Of a DNA stretch of 64,000 nt, positions 49,401 to 60,400 are shown piece by piece. A program made the translations under genes and the position numbers. The DNA comes from Antedon mediterranea (lineage: Eukaryota > Animalia > Echinodermata). Within the stretch, counting starts at the first letter, position 1. Each line of letters opens with the position of its first letter. The notes below the pieces were generated by a model. That model saw nothing but the letters and a program-made list of their open reading frames with translations. It ran no database searches and was not told where the DNA came from. Where the stretch lies: assembly GCF_964355755.1 (NCBI RefSeq), contig NC_092675.1, forward strand, positions 21,176,912-21,240,911, in the 5' to 3' direction.

Positions 49401-50947
49401 TATGATATACCTAACTGAAAATTGGTTTGTAAAGAAATCTGAGCGGTTGACGTCTGTTGAGATTTTCCTTTACTGGGTTCTTCTTAATGTACATAACAAG
49501 AGCAATGAAGTAATCACATTATAACCCTTCAAAAATACTCTTGACCTTTCTGGTTCTTTTCCTTTTCAGCGATCATGTCAAAATCAATTTTATAATATAC
49601 GATACAGATTTGATTGAAATATTAAAAATCAAAACTTACCTTCTTGGTCTACCACCACCGAAACGGCCACCACCATGGTGCCCACCGCCGCCACCACCAC
49701 CATATCTACTTGAGCCACCATGGCGTCCACGGTTGTGCTGTGGTCTCGCATGTTCAACTCTAACTCGACGACCACATACAGATCTGTAAAAAAAAAAAGA
49801 GTTAAAAACCTTTGACAACATATTATTTCAAATCCATGATTTAGTCAAGTAATGCATTTTACAAACAATAGAAATTCAGATGGGTTGATCTCAACAGTAC
49901 AGTATATCATCAGCCAGGGTGGACATGCCATTCCAGTCTTGTATCTTCCAAGAACGGGTCCCAAGACGGATGCCTAAGGTTTTTAAGTACCAGAGAGGAG
50001 ACGACATGTTTTACTTATGAAATTTGAAGGGTATACTGTAGGTTAAGTCAGATAAATTCACAAAAACATAATCATTAATAACCATCCTTACCTGCCATCT
50101 AGTCCTCGGACAGCCCTTTCTGCATCATCCTCATATTTAAAAACTATGAAAGCAAAACCTGGTGGATTTCTGAAAAAATATCAATATAAATCAAAATAGG
50201 CCTACAGTAGGCCTTAGGCAAGGAAACTTGCGACATTAATGTAATGTAGCCAATAGAGATGCATGTGATTCGTTTGTATAACTGGTCTTTGTTTAAATCA
50301 ATTTTGTAATTATAAATGTTAATTTTGTCGTTTATTTATCTACTTTATTTACAAAGAAAATAAAAGAAGTTATCATTGTCATAAAAGTGGGAACGTTTCG
50401 GTCTAGCCTACCTAGGCCTAAAACTAGTTGGGCAGAATCCTCCTGGATTCCCTCCTGGCCTATACTACTAGGCCTTTGGCTAGCACTATCTAAATATAGG
50501 CCTAGGCCCTAGTTAGGCCAATTTAATAACGCCATTTTCTCCTTTTCATTTCAAACAAAATTTACAATACAATAAAATAATAATCAGCCTCAATGCATTT
50601 TAATTTCAGTTTATCAATTTTAATTCGGTGAAATATGCCTATAATAAATCAAAGCAGACAAATTAAATATTGTGAGTGGTAATGTATTTTTTTAAAATAA
50701 TTTGAAACATCTTCTCAAGCGACAGACAAAATGGCGAAAGGACGCTTTCCGAGTGACGAGAAGGAGGCCATGCGGCCCGCGGCGCGAGTTCTACAACTAA
50801 CTAGGCTAGCTATACATACCTGGCTACCCACACGTCCAGCATGTGGCCGTATCTTTCAAACTCTCTTTCCAGATCATACTTGCTTATTCTGGGTCCAATG
50901 TCACCAATGAATATTCGATAACCACCATATGAACGATCTACCGGCAT
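46434..50947 (-). CDS. SRSF3-like: SR splicing factor, SRSF3/SRSF7 family (single RRM, Gly-rich linker, RS domain, no zinc knuckle), 7 coding exons, 272 aa
   Basis: Exons 50947-50820, 50169-50092, 49783-49640, 48306-48259, 47784-47725, 47285-46992, 46500-46434; phase-consistent (819 nt). RIFIGDIG...[37 protein letters not shown] is diagnostic of the family. Candidate AATAAA on the minus strand at 45273-45278. Confidence 0.93.
48608..48985 (-). other. Candidate poison (NMD) cassette exon of the SR gene
   Basis: Acceptor TTTTATTATAG| at 48986 and donor |GTAAGT at 48607. Inclusion reads R-C-L-I-N-Y-F-stop. Rich in ACCACC, CTAC and TCAAC motifs. Confidence 0.7.
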
Positions 50948-51889
50948 AACTACAAACGAATTCTGATAATCTTTTGGGGAAAACGTCTATAAAATACAAC
51001 TCAAACTTGTACAACAACGACCACAAAATGGAGGAATTTTTCACAACTCGCTGCTCCGTCGTGGGAGGCCGACAGAGGACGCTCATCTTATTTAGAGTAT
51101 GCCATTTATATTGTGGCCAAAATTTGTAATTAAAATAAACCAATTAAACAAGTTAATTATTATAGACTTAATGACTATTTGTAATCAATATAAAGGTACT
51201 TTAAATTCTCATTTGATAATTTTGTTTAGTTTTGATAACACTTTATAGTAATTTATTCAGTCAAAATAACAACCGATTTACCCATAATAAAATCGAAAGG
51301 TCCTTAAGAATGAAATTGGATTGTCCCTCAAAAACATGAAAAATGAATAATAAAAAGACTTTGAATAGGCCATTTCGCAGTTTTTATAAAGTATAATCAC
51401 TTCCGTAGAAAAAAATAACGTTTTCACTTATAAAAGGAAAAAATAAATCGTTCAATTCTACCAAAACCGCATTGACTTCCAGTCAAGTGACTATTTTTGC
51501 CTTACAGTTTTTTCAGGTAGGGCCTAACCTTTTGTCCAATTTTTGGAGATCCTCAATCTTTTTTAAAGGCTAAAAATAGTAGGGGGATAGTTCTTAAATA
51601 TAACACACTAGATTTCTGGCCTAATTAAGATAACCAAGATAATAATGTTTAATATATATATATGTGATAATCACAACATTCTTGTTTCCACAATGCTTTT
51701 TTCGTTGATTTTGCGAACTGTAACTACAGCTTGTTTCTAGATCAATTGAACCATGATCATTTACAGGAGGGCATGAGAAACTTTATATTTATGAGCCTTG
51801 CTACGGCATCATCTTTATAGGCCTAATCGGATATCCGCCAAGCTAACTGTTAGTTATTCTACACTTTTCCTGATCTGATTACTGCCATG

Positions 51890-52679
51890 TTTTTTAGTCG
51901 CGTGGAAGCGACTCTATAGTTCACTATGTCGGTCGGTCGGTCTGTCTGTCTGTCTGTCGGTCTGTCTGTCTGTCTGTCGGTCCGGTATCACTATGCGTTT
52001 TATCGCTTTCTGACCTTATCTTGATATCAGTTTAATCTAGCTAGGTCAATTTTTCACAGTATATTCCTTATGGCCAGGAATCAATGTGGTTATGTTTTCA
52101 CGGTGCGCAATAAAAAATTACGCGGTCTACGCACGATTTAACGAAATCACGTTTGTAATCATATCTTCACAACCATGAATCACAATTAAATAAAATTTGG
52201 TACTCATAAATTTCAGGGCATAAATCATCATATGGCAATACAATTACGTGCGTAGCGCATGTAACGCATGCGTACGCGCGCTTAAAATTTTCAAAATTTA
52301 TTTTCGATGAAATAAGAGTACATTTCAGGCAATTTTAAGCGTTTACAAAATTGCCATGAGTGCGCATATTTTTGCGCGCGCACTGCGCGTTAAATGTTAT
52401 TGCGCACTCTTTTTGCCCGATTTCTGTTTTCTTGACTTACTTTTCAACTCGAAATTACGTTATACGAGCACGTCGAAAGTGACAGGCTACGCACGTGTAA
52501 ATAAAAAAAAATAAATGTTTTTAAACATTTCAACATTTTTAAACATGTTCAGTAATTTCGGTCAGTATAGTTCACTATGTCGGTCGGTCGGTCGGGCTCT
52601 CTGTCTGTCTGTCGGTCTGTCTGTCGGTACGGTATCACTATGCATTGTAGCACGCGACTTAATGGCTGTTGGCCTTGTT
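51890..52679 (+). mobile_element. HINE/DINE-1-like element, long copy with duplicated core
   Basis: AGTCGCGTG (51896) / CACGCGACT (52651) subterminal inverted repeats, two TATAGTTCACTATGTCGGTCGG-(GTCT)n-GGTATCACTATGC cores, 3' hairpin, T-rich flanks. Confidence 0.8.
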
Positions 52680-52953
52680 CTTGTTTTTTAAAATCTGACA
52701 TAATAAACTTTTATTTCTTATACTTTATTTATTGAGTCTGCATATTGCAGTTATTTTCCATTAGGGCTATAGAAATAAAATATGAATATTGATATTCGCC
52801 TAGCCCTATAATTATAACAAATTGCTTTAATTTTCAAACATGGTTCTTACGAACAAACATCGGTCCTCCATGTGGGACTGAAATTGACTTATTAACATTA
52901 ACAATTTAACACTCGGAATGTGCCATGTTCTTTGCTGACCATCAAGTGTCAAT

Positions 52954-55303
52954 TCATTCAAAGTCAAATGCTAATCCTGTTCCATGAAGATTCTCTCTGA
53001 TCACAGCATCAAACTGCTCATTTTGAGCAACAGTATAGTGGTTCTTCCAATCACCAATTTGCCCTACAAAAATAGATTTGAATTCAAGTAATTAATAATT
53101 ACAATTGGCTGGCTTTCACCTAACATGAACATCACCTACTTTTGGAGTGTACCCAGTTCGCTTTGTGTACATCCTGATCATTGTAAAACTAGGCATATAC
53201 TCGCCAGAATCAACAGCTTTATGTCTATTATAAAGGCTGAACGAGACTTCCTAAGAATAAGGAATGGCACGAACAGGTCTCAAACCCATGCTTCCCATGG
53301 TTACCTTTCCCACGTCCATGCTAGCTGTATTACTGTGCATTACTTCATATCGCTCTTGTGCAGGCAATGATGAGAACATAATATATGTTCTCATTGCAAT
53401 ATAGACCTATAGGTGATATTGTTCGCAACATACCCTTTCGAATAAAAGGTGCTTTCCCCATTGCTTTCGTAAGGAGTTCACCATTAGGTATATTCTTTTC
53501 AACTTTCTCATATGTTTTCTTCATGTTTTTCACATCAGAGTTATAAACGACTCTGTCAAGTTCTTCTTCAGTTAGAGTGCACTCCAAATGATCGGCAAAC
53601 TGAATGATCGCTCCTCTAGGGTCCTACAAAAACAAACCAAGAAAGAATAAGCAAAAGAAATGATATAAATAATTATGGTTAAAACACACATTGCTCCATC
53701 AAGGGCACTGGAAGTATATTCAGAATTACGAAAAATTTAAAAATAATATGACTTTTTCTGTCGTTTAAATAAGCCAGTTAGACATGATGCTTTTATACAT
53801 GTTGGTTCAGAACCAGAAATAATAAACATTTTGGCTTGCTATCGGATCAAAATATTGAATAGAAAACAGTGTACACAATCGTATAGAAAACAAAAAACAG
53901 GTCTATCACATACCTTTTTCATATCCTCAAACTTCATATACAAGAAATATGGTTCGTGTCTATATTTCCAAAAATCAAGAACGTGTGGAAAAAAGCCGCC
54001 ATATTCCACTAGAAAAAAAATTTGAAGAACAGAGTATACATTAGACCATGGAGAAATCAGTCCTAGCTGATTTCTCCATGCTTAGACTAACTCTTAAAAA
54101 CAATCTACAAAATTTGCAAAAAATGTTATAATGTGATATGTATATTGAAAGCGCTGTTTCTACTGTCTTAGGGACCCCATCATATTATTTCTAAAATCAA
54201 TCAATCTATTTCATTAAAAAAAATATGTAGGCATATAAATTGTCATAAAAAAAGGGAACTCAAAATAAGCAAAGAGTTTATACAGAAAAACAATCCAATA
54301 ATTTGTAATAGAACTTATAGAAACATATCAGCTTCTCAAAATGGGAAGATAGACTGCTAATTGTCTATTGACCCTCCGGTATTTGCCACCTTTCAACACA
54401 TACGTGAATTTGAGCATATCTTACAATTCTTTTGTTCTATCCATTGACCAATGAAAGCTTCCCATGACGATGCATCTGGTGTTCCAATTGTTTTTTTGAC
54501 GTGGTATAATGAAACGCCACAATCTTTAGGGTTTCGAGCTACGTAGATTATCTAACAAGAAGAAGAAGATGAACGTAAACAAACTTGTACAGGTGTTGCT
54601 TAAGCGTTCTCCTCAACTGTGTAAATCGTGGCATTGAGGAAAGCAGTAGAAATGACAAAACATTATCTACAGAAGAAAATAAATGAAACTATAGGGGACC
54701 TAATTTACTTCGTTCTAATCATCTGTAGGTCTGTAGGTTCTAATTCAGTAGTAACGTTCATTGACATCTCAATCATCCTCCCTAAGTAATACAGGCATGA
54801 ATAAAAAGGATGAAGTGTTTCAAATTACCTTCACTTTTTTGGAAAACACCTGAGGAGGTAAGAGAGATAATGGCAAGTGTGTTATTATAATTCTACGACC
54901 TTTCATCGAATTAAGCTTCAGATACCATGACCCAAACGTCCGATTGCTTTTGTCTGCCATATACATCATTTCAAGTACTGCTTCATGACGACTATGGTCA
55001 ATTTTGTCAGGATCTCCACCAGTTAAAATCAGATTGATAATTTCATAAGCCCAATGTGTTCCTATAGGAATAAGAAACAATATAACAGCGGTTCAATTAA
55101 TTGTTTTGAATTAGAATTATTATTTTAAATTGGAGATTTCCATAGTACATACCACATTTAAGATAGGTAATTAAGAAGATATCGTCAGGCCTGACTTCAA
55201 AAGTTTCCATGGCATCTAAATTATCAGGTGAAACCAACCAACGTACAAATTTAATTCCTTTGTACTCATAGCAACCATTCGAAAGTTCACCTTTCTCTGC
55301 CAT
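52954..55303 (-). CDS. SULT-like: Cytosolic sulfotransferase (SULT family), 6 coding exons, 301 aa
   Basis: Exons 55303-55153, 55061-54829, 54551-54425, 54008-53914, 53623-53434, 53063-52954; phase-consistent (906 nt). Motifs [63 protein letters not shown]. Confidence 0.93.
54047..54080. mobile_element. 34-bp hairpin mini-transposon relic (P-like), SULT intron 3
   Basis: CATGGAGAAATCAG-TCCTAG-CTGATTTCTCCATG flanked by ATTAGAC / CTTAGAC (6 of 7 nt match). Confidence 0.7.
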
Positions 55304-55847
55304 TTTACCTGCATATGAATAAACACATATACATTCAAAATATATATTACACTCGGTTTAAAAATCAAGGTTTCTTAAAGTATAGGTAATACCAGCAACA
55401 TTTATTATATATATATATATTTGACATTTTGTATTCTTGCCAACTTGCAGTTAACTTCAAGATTACATATCCTAGATTTATAAGACTGAGGTCACACGGA
55501 TCCGGGAAGTGATCACAACACTCTTGTTAAACATGATTTTTTGCCACGAAAGCATGTCATACTCACTCACGTTTGTGTGTACTGTCTGCAAGATTGCAAC
55601 CCGAGGGGGGGGGGGGGGACCGGTCCCATAACCCCTCGTATTATCCGTACTCGAGCCACTAAGCATGGATTTTACAATAATCGTTTCTACATATACGCCT
55701 GTACTGTTATGATGTATATACCATTTTGCTATAAGCTCTCAAATAAAAACACATTTTACCTTAGGCCTACACGATAGGCTTGGACTGAATTGTTTATTTG
55801 AATTCGTGAGAACTCACAGTTATCGATAGCAGATATCCTATGGATAG

Positions 55848-56013
55848 CGCCAATAAGGTTGATGTTTATATGCCACAACTCTACAGATCACACATAGACC
55901 GATGTAATGCGAATAATGTATTTTAATAACAGTCAATTAAACTACAATACAACAACATGGAAATCAAAAGCCACAACGCACGAACAACTCCAGCCCATGA
56001 GGGCGCACTGGCG
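55848..56013 (-). repeat. 3' LTR of the second element
   Basis: Direct repeat of 62469-62633; preceded on the minus strand by a 22-nt purine tract. Confidence 0.9.
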
Positions 56014-56093
56014 TGACTACTTTTCTTTCTTCTTCTTTCTTAATCAGTTTTAATCTAAAACAATACAATACATGAGAAGAAAAGCAAAACATA

Positions 56094-57373
56094 CAGGGCC
56101 GTAACCAGGTTTGACGGCGGGGTGGATCGTTAAGTTGTTTAGTGGAACCCAGGGGCGGATCCAGGATATTGAAATAGGGGTGGCGTAGCTTTGCGAGCGA
56201 AGCGAGCAAACATTGGCTGGGGGCCAGGGGGCCGCCAAGGGCCCCCGGCGCGGTCGGGATCCAGGGGCCGACGGCCCCTGGAAATTTTGGCGTTCTAGCG
56301 CATTGTAAGTCGTTTAAAACGATTTACAAACATCTCATAATGTCATTTACCAAACACTCTAAAGCTCGCAAATTACGACATGTGGAATATGCAGCTGATA
56401 CTTACCTAGGGTACCAAAAGCAAGCTAACAACTTGCCTGTACTTTACATCTAAATTTTTACAACGCGACGATGTTTTTCACCTTTTAAGCCGATTTTCCA
56501 CTAGGCGAATTTGTTCGCTTTATATTATAAACTATATAATACCTAGGCCGGTATTATTTTTTTACACGCGCGCCGGGTCGATCGCGGTCACTATACTTGG
56601 CATGCAGCTAAAGTAAAATGACGTCAAGTTAAAGCGGGTCGTCACAGAGTCTCATCATGAATATTAATGAAGCAAACTTGCTGAGAGTGTTTTCACCACG
56701 CAACACATGCGACGCGAGATTTATCGAAACTCGACTCCGAGCCATCGACTGACGGTCATGTTTTTGACAATTAAAATCACGGTATATTCAACGATCGTTT
56801 AAAAATTAGCGGTCCGGCTCGATTACATTATATTTAGTGATTTGAAAAAACAAAACACCTCTTTTGTCATGATGTCATCGCGATGTGTTTATGAGAATCA
56901 TCGACGGGAAAGCAAATAAAACAACAAGGGTCATGAAATGCTGCAGCATTGTTAATATTTTAATAGTAATACGTTTTAATAACATTTAGCCCTAACGGGA
57001 TAATTTTCATAGGCACTACAGTCCTAGCCTTTGTTTTTATTGTACTTAATAAATGGGCGCGTAGTATAGTAGCACTGACCATGTGGCTTCATCAACTCTA
57101 TTGATCGTCTGAGGTACCGCTACTCTACAATACGGGAGTGACGATCACAAAGGATGCCGACATGCTTAGTGGAACGCGACCAAGCTCACCACGTGGCTTT
57201 TATCAACTTGCTCCTTTTACACTTAACTGTGAATGATCGTTGGTAACGCTGTTACACTAGAGATTGATAGTACACAAAGGATGTCGACGTACATGATGCT
57301 TGGTGGAATGCGATCAAGCTGACGATGTCCTCCGACGTACGATCCCCCCGATCCCCCCCTGGTTACGGGCCTG
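56094..57373. mobile_element. Non-autonomous DNA transposon (hAT-like CAG ends, 5-bp TSD) nested in the LTR element
   Basis: TIR CAGGGCCGTAACCAG / CTGGTTACGGGCCTG (14 of 15 match); ACATA at 56089-56093 and 57374-57378; no transposase ORF. Confidence 0.82.
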
Positions 57374-57476
57374 ACATATGGTAACCGGCATCACAAAATC
57401 AAAGCAAAAAATAAAATCATGTTATTCAGAGTGAAACTTGTTAAAAAATAAAATAACGTGCAAGATCGTAAAACCA

Positions 57477-60400
57477 CTAGTCCATAATAAATTCAGCAAA
57501 TCGGTTTGGTAGGTGGTGAGAGTTTTGAGGTCTTGAACAAGACTGAGAAGTTGGTTCATCGCGAATCTGGTTGTAGGGCGGATCATTATCATGAACATCT
57601 TCAAGGACGGTGTTTGTGGCACCGTCGACAAGCGGAGAAGATATCTCAAGAGGAATGACAGGCTGAACTGGGGCAACCACGGTAGGTCCAAATGTATTAT
57701 CCTCATTGTCCGATCCCTCACTCTGGTACTTTCGTGAGGTAAGTGTACTAGGAGCAAGTATAGAGCTAGGAACTTTAAAGCATTCGGATCGCTTAACACG
57801 GTACGATGTGTTTCGTAACTGGGTTCCACTGAACTTGCGAACGCAACACCATGTACCATCAACAGATACGACAAGGTATCTCTTACGAGCGTTAGACTTG
57901 TTAAGATCTGCATACAGGTATACGAGATCACCCACATCCACAAGAGTTGCAGGAGCAAGTTCACGAGTGGGAGCTTTTGAAATTCGACTGTATTTGTGAT
58001 TAGAGGTGCGTGATGAGTGCTGTTCGCGGATAAGCTCGAGGTCAGAGAGTGGGATCTGTTCGTGGGAAAACTGGTCACGCTGGGTCCACATCTCACGAGC
58101 GGATAAACCACGGGAGCGAATGCGTGAGTTGAGTTGTGCGGTTGCACGAGCGAGTGCAATAGGCGAGATAAAACCAGCGTCAGGATCCAAACGAAGTAGC
58201 TCATCTTCCAGTTCTTGAATAGCCTTCTCGGCAATTGGATTTTTATTAACATTTTTAAGTCGGCCTATTTCAATACAGATGCGTTCCTGCTTGAGTAATG
58301 AGTCATTAACAAGTGCTTGGAATCCGGGTGCCCCATCGGCACGGATAATGGCGTGGGGACCATCAAGGGGACGGAGCTCAACGCACATTCGGATAAGAGC
58401 GTCACGAAGTGAGTTACGCTGTTCGTTGTCAAGAAAACAAGCGACTGTGAATGACGTTACCGCTTCTCTCACAATCAGAATGAATTGACGATTGCGCTTC
58501 ATGACATCTGCAGCGAACGTAACACCCACAGTTTCCGGTGGGTCGCCAGTAGACTGATCGATAGAGGCCTTAGGAATTCGGCGAAGGGTGGCGCATTGGT
58601 GGCAAGATAAGGTGGTGACTTCGATCGATTTATCCATGTCGAGGGCATAAAAATATCGATGTGCCATATGTTTGAGTTGGTGACAAGTCAGGTGGTCTAA
58701 TCGGATGTGTAAGGCAGTAAGCAGGCCATGCAAAAACGGGCGTGGAACAATAATTCTTTCTCGTGGAGGAGGAAGTGGCTCATGAACGAGAGACACGAGA
58801 AGGTTGTCTTTGCTAAGTGATGCGACAGCGAGGTAGCGTTTGACATCTCTCTTATCGGTAACCTTTTTAGAAGGACGCGTGCCTTGGATTAAGTGGGCGT
58901 GTACCCTACGTAAATCAGGGCATTCAGATTGTAGTGAAAGCCATGCGGACCTACTTGTGAAAGGCAACTTGGATTGACCTGTGATGAAATCGTGTCAAGC
59001 GATTCTGAGTACAACTGATTCCTCAGAGCGCTGAACAAAGGAACATACCTGGCAATTGGCATCAATGCATTCAGGAGCATTGCGGCTTGCAAAGTCTGAG
59101 GGAACATTCGCGGAACCAGCTAGGTGTCGAACGGAAACCTGGTATCGGCTAGCAGAGGACAGGAAAGTTGATACTCTGGGGCTCACGGAAAATTCACCCC
59201 GGCAAAGCTTTTCAAAAGCCTGCACGCACGGTTTACTGTCAGTTAAAACACAAGCTCGTTTAGTAGATTGAACAACATATGGACTAAAATGCTTAACTGC
59301 GACAGCGATTGCCAGGGCTTCGATCTCACACGGGAGCCACGTAAGCTGTCGAGCTCTAAGTTTCCGGAGATCCGCAGACTATCGTCTCGTCTAATGTATA
59401 GTGTTGCCCCAATTCCGTGTCTTTTTACTGAACCATCAGTGACTATCCAAAGCTGGTCATCTGGATGGGGTAACGTGATTGTTTGGCTGGTTGTGAGCAA
59501 CTTTTGAGCAGTCTGAAAATCTTCACAAAGGGTATCACACCACGTGATTTTGTCTTGGGACTGTCGGCCAGCCACAGCATCGTCTAAAGGTGTGAGGATG
59601 GAAGCGCAGTTGGGGATAACCCGTGCGAGCACTTTATACGCCCCAATGAACGATCGGAGGCCCTTTACAGTCTTAGGGGGAGAACACGTAGCGAGCGTCG
59701 AAATACGATGTGGATTGGCTCTTAACGTGCCAAGGGACCATGTCCACCCGAGTATAGTGGTAGTTTTTGTTCAGATAAATGTTTTACTTGCTGAGAGACT
59801 GAGGCCGCATCTATAAAGTTCGGACAGCAGTCGGCGCCAGTTGCAAAGTAACTCATCTAGGGTGTCTCCTCCGCAGTAGAGATCGTCTGCAATCTTGGCA
59901 ATGACGCCTTCAGAGAGAAGCTCTCCTAAGACGCGGCAGGTTAGTTCCTCCAGCGCTGTTTCAGATCCCGGCATTCCCATAGCAGACCTGGCGTATACAC
60001 GGATTCCTCTGAAGGGCGTGGCCACTCCGCAGTACTTCATCGATTCGCGTGAAAGCGGTATCTGATAAAATGCCTTAGTGAGGTCTGTAGAGATAATGTA
60101 CTTCCACCTAGCGATATGACGAAGTACTGTACAGAGTTTACGTCGGGCATTAGTGAAGGCTGAGGTTTCGCGTATCGACCGACATCCGCAAAGGCGGTTA
60201 CAAGGCGGAATCCTCCGCTGTCTTTCTTTACTAAGAATGATGGGTTTCAATATTCTACTTGAATACCCGCATCTTCAGGTCGCACAAAAACACCCATCTT
60301 CTCTAAGTCGTCGAACTTCTCTTGAAGCTCAACAAGTTTGTCTCGCGAATACTGTGGAAGTCTGCCTTTTCGCTGTGGTGGCTGTACAGGACCCATATTA

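Noticed and set aside
55598-55640. CCGA-G(n)-ACCGGTCCCATAA possible transposon end or G-quadruplex
   Set aside because: A single G-run with no partner terminus or TSD found.
57422-58252. 276-aa overlapping ORF within the integrase region
   Set aside because: Alternative frame with no recognisable domain, in a decayed element.
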